From: Vermamoeba vermiformis
Lineage: Eukaryota
Assembly: GCA_045837725.1 (NCBI GenBank)
Contig: JBEWZL010000056.1
Coordinates: 434,001-498,000 of the forward strand
Direction: 5' to 3'
DNA length: 64,000 nt
Made by a program: the position numbers and the translations under genes. Below are positions 1 through 13,030 of the stretch, one piece after another (position 1 is the stretch's first letter; each line of letters begins with the position of its first letter). The notes beneath the pieces were generated by a model. It saw nothing but the letters and a program-made list of their open reading frames with translations. It did no database searches and was not told the origin of the DNA.

Positions 1-1
1 T

Positions 2-478
2 TTGGCGGCTCAATTAAAAACATTGGTGTTCCCTGACAAAACTTTTCCGAAGATCGGAGCTGTATCTGCTTACATGGCTTTAGCTTGGTCTCCAGTATTC
101 TTCATGACTATATTCTTTACTCGTATGCTCAGCACACGCATTCATCAGCTGTCTTATGTGATTGCTGCTTTGATTTCGAGTTTGATTTTATTCGTGGCGG
201 AAGCAGATCCTGTGCACTTGAACATGTGGAAAGCAACGCACATCGAGCACACAATGTTTCACAAGAACATTGCAGCCTACGTTCTCTTGCCAGAAACCCT
301 ACTAGGAGTCGTCGCGTTTGCTGTGTACAATTGGACGAGCTTGGCCAAGGCAGGGCTCGACAACATTTTTGCCAAGCTTTTTGGTGGCTTGTTTGTGATG
401 TTGTCGTACACTGGGGCCTTGGTACTATCTTATTTCTTCATAGAATCGCATGGAAGAGCTTTTCTCCCGCTCAATTGA
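2..478 (+). CDS. 3' part of a multi-pass membrane protein of unknown function (5'-truncated by the window)
   Basis: Frame is open from the window edge to TGA at 478, with about four hydrophobic segments. No family motif recognised. Confidence 0.55.
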   Translation: MAAQLKTLVFPDKTFPKIGAVSAYMALAWSPVFFMTIFFTRMLSTRIHQLSYVIAALISSLILFVAEADPVHLNMWKATHIEHTMFHKNIAAYVLLPETLLGVVAFAVYNWTSLAKAGLDNIFAKLFGGLFVMLSYTGALVLSYFFIESHGRAFLPLN

Positions 479-774
479 ACACGTAATCGGTCACGTGGTG
501 TCTCGAGTGGATGGGCTTGCCCAACTTTCGTAACGTGAATGGGCGCCATAAACACCACCTTCACAATCAAGTAAGCCATTCGTGTACAGATATATTAAAT
601 CTTGTCGTTGTTAGCACCATTTACACGTCGGTCTCCGTTTCTCTCCGGCTGACAGTTTGAAATGCGAGATAAAATCAGATTGTGTGAATTACAACGAGTA
701 AAATCAAAATCGATTAATAACAATAACTTATTTGACAGTCACAACGAAAGCGGAGACGCTTTTGGCAATTAAAA

Positions 775-3732
775 ATGCGGATCGCAGCCCTGTGTTGCTT
801 TATCTTATGGCTAGATCTGTGTTTCTCTGCACCGAGTAAGTACCGTTATTTATTTAATTATACTCTATTTAATTATATACGAAAATTCGCTTCCGTAGTT
901 GCGAATTAAATTCTTGCTTCCATGTCTAACCGTAAATCCACCACTAAAATTATTATTTTAATTTTAGGTTTCATGTTTGTGACATCTATTCCTAAATCTT
1001 CGACCTACGGAACTCTGCGCGAGATACGAATTGTCGCCCAAAATTACTCTTCGTGGGAATACAAAGCATGCGTGGCAGACGCTTATCATGGGATTGGAAA
1101 GGTGTACAGCCTAAATATAAACTCAAACTATAGCTATGAATTGCTCCCCGAAACGGCCCCGAACAATGGGACTATGAACTACGCTTTGACCTCGATCCAA
1201 GGTTTGACAGAATGCGGTTACGCTGCATTAGTGGTATGTGTATATATTAATACTAGTGCTCCATTTAATTTATTTGACGTAGAATACATCGCTATACAAT
1301 GTGATCGACGGAGACACAAGTGTTGCAGATCTCGCCGCAAGTACCAATTGGCAGCCACCGTTTTACGCAGTATGGATAAACAATCAAGTGGAAACTTTTC
1401 TGTTTACAGGGGTACGTGGCGCCGATAAAATGACGCAACTCAGCTAACACTATTCTAATTAGCAAGGTGTTGTCAGCCGTTTGAACACGACTACTCTCGG
1501 CGCATACAATTACTCTGTATTTTCTGACGGAATGGAGTTGATCAAGAGCTGGGAGCTCTATCAGGAGCCTATTAGTAAGTACTGGTTGTTGAAGCGGGAT
1601 TATAGTCGTTAACATCGTCTGTTTAGCCAAGACATCGTACATCGCCTACTCAATGAGCCTCATCGATAACAGTGCTTGGAAGGCAGTTGTGGACAAGTGT
1701 AATCCCGATTGCACGAGAGATACGACGTTAGGAGACTCATTAGGGTTTCCTACCATCACGGCTAACAGCACGCATTGGTTCTCATGCTACAAAAGTTTGT
1801 TCATTTACCAAAATGTCCTTACATCTGGCACGCATCATTGCACTGTCGCTGGACTTACGGATTCCAGAATGTTGCAGATTGACGCGGACTACCCAATTGA
1901 ATCGAGCAATGCCGAGGACCCGATGTACAGTTGCGTGATGGACGACACAACGATGATGCTCTTAGTGTTTGATTCCAACAGTTTCAAATACACTGTGTAC
2001 GCTCTGGACTCCACAGCTGATTTTTCCATTCAGTCGGCGATCAACGGCAGTGGATACGCTACATCTATGTCATGTGCGGATCAAGTCATTTTAGTGGCCA
2101 CGTGGGACGGCATCTTTTATTACGTTTGGGACAACGGTGTAAGTAGGCCAGAATCGCTATCGATATGTGAACTAACGTCTCTTGAAGACTGGAGTTGTGT
2201 TTCCATATCCTTTCGTTCCCGCATCGAACTCGCCTGTGGCTGAGCCCACAAGTGCTGGTGAACCCAATAGCACGCCTGCTGATGTGCCAGTATTCATTGA
2301 TACACCTCTTGTGACGCCTACTAGTGCCGTCAATTCAAACAACACAGGCGAGCTAACAGCAAATGACAAAGTCCTCGTAGGTGTGCTGGTCGGAGTTGGA
2401 GTGCCAGTGATTGCAGGCGCGATTGTGTTGATTGTCTTCCGCAACAAGTTGATCATGAAGAAGAAGCAAGCTAAAGAAAAAGAAGGATCAGTCTACACCG
2501 CCATCAATTCGTTGCACAAAATCATACCATTCAATGAGCTCAAGTTCACCAAAGAAATTGGAGCCGGAAGTTACGGCAAAGTATTCTTGGGGTACGTTGG
2601 TTTCTGAGCGTAAAATGAATAGCACAGCGATATTTACACGATATTTTACCAGGACATGGGAACGCAAGAAAGTAGCCATTAAAATGAACAATCAAGTTGC
2701 AGACACTGAGAGCTTCATGGCCGAGGCTAGACTGACACTGTAAGCTATTTGTATCGATTAGCGCAGACGTGATTCTGATCTTTGGATGCCTTAGGTCGGT
2801 GCCGTTACACCCCAATCTCGTGCAAACCTACGGCATCAGCATGGACGCGAACACGCCGTACATTGTGCTTGAGTACTGCGAGGGTGGCAGTCTCGATCAG
2901 ATCGTGTTCAACCAAACGATTGGACACAAAGAACAACGAGCTCTTGTGTTGGGCATTGCGCAAGGACTGCTGCACTTACACGCGAACAAGATTGTGCACC
3001 GTGACTTGGCAGCTCGAAATATCTTGGTACGCGTCTTATTGCAGCTGTTTGGTACATTACTAATTGATGTTACGTAGCTCAAAGACGGTATTCCGAAGAT
3101 ATCTGTAAGTTCAAATCAACCGTTTGACACGTGTCATTTGACGATGGATTAATGCTGTTATCGAAACAGGACTTTGGCATGTCACGAGTGCTCAAAGATG
3201 AATCAGCACAAGGCAAGACGAAGAATACAGTGGGACCTATTCGCTGGATGGTACGTCGGAACCCTCGCGCTCAATATGAACTCGTTTTGTCTCATGTAAC
3301 ATTCTAGGCACCAGAGAGTATCGACGACATGACTTACAGCCCGAAGTCTGATGTGTGGACCTTTGGCATTGTTGGTACGTTGCTGTTGCTATCTATGACA
3401 ATTATGGCCAGCTAACGTGATACTATTCAGTGAGTGAAATTGTTCTCGGTCATGAGCCACACCACGACAAGAACCAACTTGACATTGCCGTGAAAATTCG
3501 AGATCAAGGCTTCGCACCAACAATACCTGATGACAGCGATCCAGTGCTGAAAGAACTGATGCACATGTGTTGGAAGTTCAATCCTGATGACAGGCCGGTA
3601 AGTTCAAAAGATCTTAAGATCGTTAAGATGAAAATATATATGAAATGTTACTAACATTGGCTTTTTACTCGCTCTTAGACCATGCAACAAATCATTGAGT
3701 TTTTGTCCGATAATACTTACTCAGAGGTATGA
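775..3732 (+). CDS. Single-pass receptor protein kinase, tyrosine kinase/TKL type (multi-exon)
   Basis: Candidate signal peptide MRIAALCCFILWLDLCFSA from 775 (its splicing is not resolved). Ectodomain exons, a Pro/Thr stalk and TM VLVGVLVGVGVPVIAGAIVLIVF follow. Spliced kinase exons contain GAGSYGKV, VAIK, HRDLAARN, KIS-DFGMSR, GPIRWM-APE, KSDVWTFG and CWKFNPDDRP; TGA at 3730-3732. Confidence 0.85.
3124..3137 (+). promoter_or_regulatory. Intronic motif TTGACACGTGTCAT, copy 1
   Basis: Exact 14-mer in an intron of the kinase gene; function unknown. Confidence 0.5.
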
Positions 3733-3988
3733 AGTTGGTGTGGCCAGATTGCACTCGCGACTTTGATCGCGTGAAAAGACGCTTTTTGTACGAACGGCAC
3801 GTCACTATTGTCGATATGGGCAACATCGAACCGTTACAATCTTTTCTGTCCAGCATAAACAGATTCAGTCGGAACAATTTTCACCGAAACATAAATACTG
3901 ATATTTCCTGACACGTGGCGCTTAATAACGAAAAAGATCTCAGAGTATTTAGTGAAAAAAAAATAAAACTTGTTTACTGCAAAGCTAA

Positions 3989-6816
3989 CTAGACCACAAA
4001 TGAGAGTACAGCTACCAAAACGATCAAGGACACAGCGGTTGTGCGCGCGCCAGTTGAAGTAGTCGTACTGCCCTTTGGTGTATTGGTCGTGGTGGGTACG
4101 ACTTGACTGTTTGGCGGACTAACCACTGGAGTAGCTTTCGGAGGAATAGTGCCGGAGATTTCGGTGTCAAGTGGCACACCATCGACATCTGTCAAGCAAA
4201 CCAAAGTTAGACAATTAGTCGCGACAAAAATGATAGCGAGAACGAACCAAGAAGCGTGATGCCTGCAGTGGAGTAGGTCGCGTCTTGTGCCAGCTGCGTG
4301 TTGAACGTGACGATTTGTTCGTTGGCGAAGAGTTGCGCAGCTTGTTCGGGAGTCAATTCTTGGTTCGAACCATCTGCACGGCATGTTAGATCGTTATCAA
4401 TGAAGCTACCAATCAATACTAACCTGCAGCTATTTGCAACTTGACTTGAAAGTTTGTAGCCAACGCGCTTCGTTTGTTGCCCGCGACAACAGTGACGCGT
4501 GACCCAGCGATGGCCGTGAATGTGGCGAAGTTTTGACGCGTCCATTCGCTGAAGTTAGAATCAGGGGCAGTAGTTGAATTGAAATACAAAACAATCGTCA
4601 CGTCTAAACATCAAGCGTTAGTTGTCGACTTGACATGTTTGCACCAGTTGATGCGACGGACTCACTTTGAGGACATCTCAGCTGTTGTGTAGTTGAGAAC
4701 GACAGCACGTAGTCTTCAAGTTTCCAAGTGAACGAGCTCGTGGTGTTGTCGAGCGTGACACGTGATGACAGCGGGAAGTACTTGCCTCGTTGATTGGCTC
4801 TGAAGTCCGTCGTTGGTGCGATGCCCTATAAACACCAGTTAAAGGCTGGCTTCCAACAAAGAATAAAGTGTTTTTGCCTTACCATCGGCTCCAGGTTGTT
4901 TCTGTCGCTGACAAAAGGAATGGTGATACGTTTGTCTTCCAAGTTGTTGTACGAGAAGTAACCGACACCATCAGCGTTAATGCACTCAGCAATAGGCACA
5001 ATGTTTGAGATAGGCAGTGGCTTGAACGACAAGAGTACTCCCGGATAGTTCGTGTAATCGTCGTAGAACGCGTACACAGTGCAGTCATCGCCGACGAGCG
5101 GAGGAGACTGCGAGATGTGTTAGTGAGCAAGAGCCATTAAATTAAATAATATAATATTGAACTAATGTACTCACCAGAACAATGTCGCTGTATAAACCAT
5201 CAGCTGGAAAACTGCCGACAGCATTGATCATTTGCGTGTCCCAATCAAAGCTGATGAGTTGTTGTGGCTTGGAAGGGCCCGAATTACTCGCATCACTCGC
5301 AGAAATCAAGACGGTATTGTCAGCTAGCATTCAAATTCGTAAGAAATCCTGGAAGAAATTTCCGAGAAAATTTTTAATCACTTACGAATGGAATGTAACG
5401 GAGCACTTTGAATGTTCACATTGTTCGCGAGCGATTTGTTGTTCAGGAAATCAACGAGAAACATCTGAGGACCGTCAGTGATTAGTTGCAAGAGTTTTAT
5501 ACGAGGATCACTTACTCCAGAAGCTACGGAAATTACGGCGATTGAATTGCTGCCAAATACATGCGGGAAGTTGAGAGACACTACGGGCGAGCCTTGCCAT
5601 GTCGCGAGACTGACGTTACGCAACAACACTCCAGTATCCTGTGTACATAGTCAGACAAAGGTAATGAGATCATAATATTTCAAAATGAAGTCTTACGGCG
5701 TTATAAAACAGCACGAAAAAAGTGTAGGCAGGAGTGGCGCAGTGGATCACGAGCTGATTGTCTTGCACGTAGGCAGCAGTGCGGAAGTAACTGTTCTCAA
5801 TGGTGAATTGATAGTTCGGAGACCAGACCGTGACGGGATTGCCGAAAGTGCCATAAACAGTGATCGGAATTTCGACGTTACTGCTGTTTTTGTACACGAT
5901 GACGTCACTCGGATTTGCACCGTTGCCGTTCGGTTGGTTAGTTTCAAATTGATAGGCCGACGTATTAAGGTATGTAAATAGGTTGGAGATATCGCCAGAA
6001 GTGAGCGACGAGACCATCAAATCGTTGCCAAAAGGCGCGAAACTGCCAGTGGCAAGGGTCTGGCCAAGATCCAAATTTACAATCTCCTGCATGTTCGTTG
6101 TGTTGACGACAGCGACCCTCGATCCGGCAATGAGATACATTTTGTTTCCTTGGACGTGCGTAGCTTCAGAAAAGGCACTGAACGTGAAGCTGGATGTGTC
6201 AAAAATAAAATTAATTCAAAATAATTCAGTTTAAAAACCGTTGTTAAACTTTACATCGAATCTGCATTATGTGACCCGTCAGTGCCGCTAACTTTGAGAT
6301 AGCTAGGTTGGTTGTTGACGTATCCTTGCAAGTAAATAAATCCCTAAAATTTAAATCATTAACTGGTGGACCGGATCTGGTCGAGTAACTTACTTGGTCA
6401 TCTTGGGTAAGCACGCCACTGTCATAATATGAAAAACCAACGTCAGCTGGATTGATTTGCCAATCGATATTCCAAACTTGAGTTCGTTCTGGCGCTACCT
6501 CAGGACACAAAAACTAGAATAGAAAGCATTAATCTTAAATATTATTTCAAATTAAGCGTATGACCATAGTCGTATGAGGTGAATAATCAATTATTAATTG
6601 ACTCGAAATTTAAAAATTAATGTTTAAATTGATACTCGCAACGGTTATTTTTATGTAAAGAAGTCAATACCGTACCTTTTTATTTACTTGATTATTACGT
6701 TGAGGATTGACGGCTCTCATTGGATTGCCAGAGTTAGCCAAAACTTCTGCCATAGCAAATCCGACAACAGAAAGAAGGCAAAACAATAGCAAACGTACTG
6801 ATACCTTTGGAATCAT
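3989..6816 (-). CDS. Secreted, probably GPI-anchored cell-surface protein (multi-exon)
   Basis: Signal peptide MIPKVSVRLLLFCLLSVVGFAMA, a beta-rich ectodomain across several minus-strand ORFs, a Thr/Pro stalk, and hydrophobic C-terminus TTAVSLIVLVAVLSFVV. Confidence 0.65.
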
Positions 6817-7042
6817 TTTTGAAACTGCTACGCTTCGTCCACCTTGCAACGACTTTTTAAAAATGAATCAACCATAAATCGATCCATTTTTAGTCCCAAC
6901 GTGTCACAAAACAAAATCCTGATTATTGATACCGACCTAAAGCTCCAAGTGTCACAATATAACTAGTTATAACATTTTTGGCTGCCGAACAGCGCGTTAT
7001 TTAAAGATTTTGTTACAATAAGTTGGTGAGACAAGATCTAAT

Positions 7043-8657
7043 CTAAATAGTACCCCATTGTCTAATCTTCTTCGAAAATTCAGGGTCATTTTGATACTTA
7101 ATCGCGCGGCAATTGACCTTGTGCTCACGGAACAAGTCTTTGAATTCTTTTGTGGTATCGAGCAAACCTGACGTAGTTACATTAGCTTTAAAACCATTAT
7201 AAGTAACTTCAACATGACTTACCTAAGCTATAGAACAACTTGGCTGAGTTTCCAGACAAAAGCACGTCCAGGCTGAACGGATGTGGGATTGAGTGAGGTC
7301 GGATCTTGTTGACATGCTAACGTCGAACAGTGAGCCATTAAATATTTAATATGTATATATATAACTTACGCGCACGACGTTCATAATGCAGCTGTTAAAG
7401 ATCGTGTTGTACCATTCAGTTTTCGTTCGCAAAGTATTAGCTCGCTGTACAGTGCGAGTTAGTTTTCAATATGACACGTGTCAAACACCGTACTGCACGA
7501 ACTTACTTCCAACATCTCCACGAAGACTTGGCGGAACAACTCTTTGCCGACCTCTTGAGCTGCGGGCAGCAAGTAGACGTTGTTGTCCCGTAACACTGCG
7601 CGCAATGTGATAATGTCGCGCTCATCGACAACTTGATATATCAAATGGTACTATAGTAATACATTAATATGCATCATGGTAAACTAAATCTTGAGTGCTC
7701 GAGACCTAGATCTTGAAGCATCATAAGCTCGAGTGGTACCTTATTAAACAGGCCAGATAACAAGCTCACTTCTTCCCCCTTTCGAGCACGTGCCTCCACT
7801 GAAATGCTGACTGCCTCACCGTTCTCGAATTCGAACGTCAGCCACACGTGAGCACCGGATGAGATTTCGGGATATACTCCAAGAACGTAGTAGACCTAGT
7901 ATAACAATAAATACTTATGACTAAACCTCTCAAGTTGATTAAAAAGGGAGTATACAGAGGCCGGAGCTGGTTCCCGCGGAAAAACCAAAAATAGCTCTAG
8001 ATATTTTATCTCGAATGAAATGTTGTTGATGTTTATGATGTTGGTAAATCGAATACCGCACCTGCTTAATTTGATCGACATTATATGTTTTTTTGTAGTA
8101 TTGAGGCACGGCGTGATGTTCGTCGTAATTAGGATAACTGAAGTTACGAATATTTGAGACCTAAAATCGTAAATAAATTCGTAAATATAAGAATAATGCG
8201 GGCAAAGTCTGCATATATATTACCGTTACTAAAGGCAAATTAAATTCCGCTACTGGAAAAGTCTGGCTCAAGGGATCCCACACAATCTGTTCAAAAAAGT
8301 TACTCCTTGTCGTTTAAAATAAAATCTGCGTTACAATATCCAAAATGCCTATTAAATAACAAATAGTATGATGAAACGATATAAAATTAGCAATAAATTT
8401 GTAACGGTCAGTAAAATGACAGATCTTACCTGCTGATCCACAGAGGTCCCGCTAAAATAAATAGAAGCGGATGCTAATATCAATAAGACAGTAGCAGCAT
8501 TTGCGAAGACAGTCCAGGCAAACACGGTCACTTCCATGCAATGCAGAGCCTTCTTTCTCCGAGACACCTTTGGTTGAACATTGACGGTAATGTTCGGCTG
8601 AACAACAGCTCGTTTTGGTTGCGGTGAAGCAGATCCTTGCGCTTTTTTTGTCTTCAT
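7043..8657 (-). CDS. DUF4105 (Lnb_N-like) family membrane-anchored protein (multi-exon)
   Basis: Hand-spliced exons give an N-terminal TM segment, then VTVSNIRNFSY...YYKKTYNVDQIKQ, GAHVWLTFEFENGEAVSISVEARARKGEE, IYQVVDERDIITLR, ANTLRTKTEWYNTIFNSC, and LLSGNSAKLFYSLGLLDT. This matches the motif order I recall for bacterial DUF4105 proteins. Confidence 0.75.
7471..7484 (-). promoter_or_regulatory. Intronic motif TTGACACGTGTCAT, copy 2
   Basis: Exact 14-mer on the sense strand in an intron of the DUF4105 gene. Confidence 0.5.
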
Positions 8658-8848
8658 CTGCGTCGGAAAATAACACTAAAGAAAACTGCGTTGTGAATCG
8701 AATTTATCGCAAGCGACGAGTCAACCACACGTCAACGAGATTAAAATATTATTTTTTATATAAAACTATTTTGTGGTATCACTCGAGTGTTAGGCAGCCG
8801 CGAGGAAGAGATCTTTAAAGCAAATCCGCTCAAATATTAATTCAGACA

Positions 8849-10436
8849 ATGGCGACAACAAATGTTGAAAAAGAATACGTGCATGAAGTATATGAAGCTA
8901 TAGCGCCGCACTTCAGCGAAACTAGATATAAGGTGAGTGAAACGAGGACTTGAGAAAATTAATGTAAAAAGCCAAAAAATCTACTAAGGCTCTAACCAGT
9001 ATATTTAATTACAAAATAATATTTTATACTATTATTCTTATTATTTGCAATTTTCGTTGGCTGTGGAACAAGATCTGACCTGCGAAATCTTTAAAATTTG
9101 CTACCAGGCTAATTTAAATAAAAATCACTAATTAATTTTCATTAGCCATGGCCCTTAGTCGAACAATTTATTAAGGACTTGCCTATTGGTTCACTTGTTG
9201 CGGATGTCGGATGTGGAAATGGCAAATACATGGGTGTAAATCCTTTAACTCATTTCACTGGCTCCGATAGGTACGTTACTCATACTAAAAATAATTATTA
9301 TAGCTATAAATTCTGATTTTATTTCTTTAGGAGTTCAAATCTGATCTCGATCTGTAAAGAGCGAGGTTTTGAAGCAATGGTCGCCGATAATTTATACTTG
9401 CCTTATCGAGACAATATGTTTGTGCGTATTTATTAATAATATTACGACGATCATCGTTATTCTAATCGATTTTAGGACGCTGTCATTTCGATCGCGGTCA
9501 TTCACCACTTTTCAACAGTTGAAAATCGTTTGGCAGCAATAAGAGTACGATCATATTAATATAAATAATATTATTATATGCTTATAACGATGCTCGTATA
9601 GGAATTGACGAGGATATTGAAACCTGGAGGAAAATTATTGGTGACAGTTTGGGCCACCGAACAGGTACGCAAACAAACTGATTTATCCTTATTTGGAAAT
9701 ACTCGTCGATATAAATTATGTAAAACGTTAATAAGACCTTTAACGACGCTTTAAATCACTTCTTAATGCGAAGCGTTAAAAATTTCACGAGTTTATTGTC
9801 GCTCGTAGCGGGCTACGTGACAATAGATATTAATTTATTTCCTTATTTAGAAAGGAAAAGTATACGAGGAGCAGGATGTGATGGTACCGTGGAAATTGAC
9901 GAAAAAATTCGATAAAGAATTTCAAGAGAAGAAATACACGAAGAAAAATAATAATAACAACGATTCTGAGAATAATAATGATGAAAAATCGAATGAAAAT
10001 GCATCTAAAAACGATAATAAGGAAGAAAATAAGACAGAAATTAAAATCGAACAAAACAATAATAATTCGAATGCGGATCTGCCCGTTCAAGAACAAAAAG
10101 AGCCGCAAAACGAAGAAAATACAGCTGCGAATGACGCGGAGAGTAAAAAACAGCGAAATAAATTGCAGAAAAAATTGAAAAGGCAGCAATTAAAAGAACA
10201 AAAACGATTGGAGAAGAAAAATATTTACGAAGACGAGCCTGTCGTCGAAGAAAAAGTATTTAAAAGGTAATATACCATATATCTATACTACGCATACGTA
10301 TTAATATTTTTCTAGATACTATCATATGTTCGTCAAAGGAGAGCTGGATGGGCTCGCATCCAACATTTCCGAACTTACAATCGAAGATTGCGCTTATGAT
10401 CACGACAATTGGTACTTAAAGGCTTTAAAAAAATAA
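8849..10436 (+). CDS. TRM9: tRNA (carboxymethyluridine34-5-O)-methyltransferase, Trm9/ALKBH8 methyltransferase-domain type
   Basis: [65 protein letters not shown] and YDHDNW across spliced exons. An N/K/E-rich insert lies at 9940-10230. Confidence 0.9.
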
Positions 10437-10614
10437 AACTCATAGTAATTTTATTAAACTTAGCATTTATTTACCAACGCCACGACCTCGTTAATTATTG
10501 CAACTCCGCACGAGTTCACCGAAACTGCCTGCAAATTTTGTTTTTTTCTCGCCAAAACCAAACCACGATGCAGTTATTTCTTATTCGTTACAGTTCAAAA
10601 CACCGTAAGGCTGG

Positions 10615-12990
10615 ATGTCGACTCCAGGTAATAATTAATTAATTCAATGCAAAAATTAGGCTTAAGATAATTGCTAAAATTACGTAGTTACTGAAACAAA
10701 GTAGAAAAAAATTATTAATTATTAATTTAAAAATTAACCGCGGAAATTATCTAATCCTGCAGCTAACATCTTTTTGAAGCTCAATCAGACGTAGACGAGA
10801 TTCTTCGATTTTTTTCAGGCTGCACGGCCCTTGGAATAGAGGAAGGGCGTTATTTTTCGGCTACAATTCCACGCGAGGCGACCACACGAGAGATCTGCGA
10901 CGCTGCTACAAAAGTTCTCGCCATACCAGCGTGCGACGCGACTAAGCACTCATGGGAACTGCCGTGCTTATTCAACGGCTACGGTACAGGAAAGACTTTC
11001 ACCAATTTTTTCGCCACATCTTCGATCCGCGACTACTTGGCACGAAATCCGGTAAGGAACTAAAACAATTATAAAATCTAAATGTCTTATTAATCTGAAT
11101 TTAATAGTTGGAATATCCTGAGCTCAGAAATACGTTTGCAAATTGTTTTCGTATCTACTTAAAACAACAACCCTGTCAGATCTCGTACGACAATTTCTGC
11201 AGCGATGTACGCGAACAATTAGAGCCCAGTGTCGGATTATATCTCAAGTGGGCTATTGCCTCACAGTTGCTATATCCGCAAGATGATTTTATCATTCGCC
11301 GACCACGCAATTGCGGGTATATGATGCGGCAAGTGGTGAAAGAGGGCTTATTGGACAAGCTGCAGTACCCTGCTATCTTTGCAGCTTTCAGACAAAAGCA
11401 CAACATCGCCTCCGAGTAAGTTCATCTCCGTAATCATTTCGTTCACCGAACTTACTTGTTGTTTAGTGCACCAATTTGGATCTTCATCGCACACGATGGG
11501 ATGCAAGGGTTAACGGGCTACGACACACTTTTGAACCTCAAGGCCAAGTCAGAACCAAACACCATCAGAAATACAGAACTGCATCAGTATCTGATGGAAT
11601 CTATTGCGTTTGCTCAGGCAGCAAAGCAAGTTGGCATTAATGTGCTCAACATCTACTCTGGATCATTCCCACTCTACGTCACAGGGGTCTTAGAGGGTAC
11701 TGGACACCAATGGCGACCACTGACACTAGAGCCAATGTCAGTTGATGATGGCATAAAGCTTCTCTCCACAAAGCACCCACTGTTAGCAGACAAAATGAAC
11801 ACTGGTCCATTTAAACAAATGCTGTCACACCTTGGCAACATACCAGGCTTCTGGAAAGTGCTCTCTGAGATTATTGGCAAGAAAGTCAACCTAACCTTTG
11901 ATGCAAATACACTTGCAGATCTGAAGGAGCAACTAATCAGCAAGGTAAAAAGAAAGGCTCCCACTAGAGAAGTAATTAACACAATTATTTGTAGGTCAAT
12001 TGCATCTTTAGCTCAGAATGTAACCTGAATCTCCTATTGCTGCTTACAATTCAAGCTTGGACTTTTGATGAAGCCAGACAGCTGTTGCCAGCCACTAAAA
12101 TGCTCCATGCCTGTAGCCGACAACATGCAGGACATTCATTTTTACTCAACATGAGCTATTATGTACCTCCCATTCTGCTGCAGAGCCTGGCTGCAAGTTT
12201 TGAAATTGCTATTAAACGAATTGTGGAATACTTTCCAAACAGAATGCTGGCAGGTGAGTTCACATCAGACAACTTTAAAGAGTTCTGCATGGTCTTTTTT
12301 ACCTTAAAATGCAACCTGTTGCTGTCCCAAGGCATTCACAAGGTGTCTGTCAAAGAATTTTTCAAAGGTGCATGGATCCAACCAGAAGCTGTGGACATGG
12401 AAATCATGTTAGCACAAGATAATCACAAAGATCATGCTAAGCTGCACCACACTGATTCAGCCAAACTCCTGTCATTGACAAATGTCAAAACTGTTCTAGG
12501 TGAGGTGCTGGACTTGACAACAGATGCACCTGTGGCCATGCAGATGAGAAAGGATCAAACTGGAATCTTGCTCCTTGCTGATACATTGCTTCAATTCAAA
12601 ATGATGTATTTTGGCATTGGTGACGCTTTTGGGATAAATGATTTATCTTTTGAAAGTGAACAAAGACTGGCAGAGAATAGTCCATTAAGAAGTCAAGTCA
12701 AAGGCCACAAGTTCTTTGTTTACCTAACAAACTGTCAGATGACAAATGATGAACTGAAGAGAAACAACATTCAGCACAGCAATTCCATAATCATTTGTGC
12801 AAATAACCTCAAAGCAGTTTTTTCACCAACATTTGAGTATGCTACAGCCCATATCACAAGCACAGCAGTTGTTTCACTTGAAGACAGAACATCAACTGAA
12901 GAACTGTGCAAACCAAAAAAGCTCAAAAGAAGAAATACTGCTGAATCAGAATGTGATGACAGACAAAATAAGAAGCAAAAGGTCAAATAA
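10615..12990 (+). CDS. Crinkler-type P-loop NTPase with a PD-(D/E)xK-like C-terminal domain (multi-exon; start 10615 or 10568)
   Basis: Walker A LFNGYGTGKT near 10970-11000 and a degenerate Walker B IFIAHDG. C-terminal motifs FKEFC..FFTLKCNLL, VKEFFKGA, LLQFK and FFVYLTN; basic NLS-like tail. Resembles the gene at 35729-38820. Confidence 0.6.
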
Positions 12991-13030
12991 TTTGCGAGGT
13001 TTGGCTGTCTTTGTAACATTTTGTTTTATT

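Noticed and set aside
9830-10189. Hydrophobic minus-strand ORF resembling a membrane protein
   Set aside because: It is the antisense shadow of the A-rich N/K/E insert in TRM9. Most other short overlapping ORFs in the track are similar shadows.
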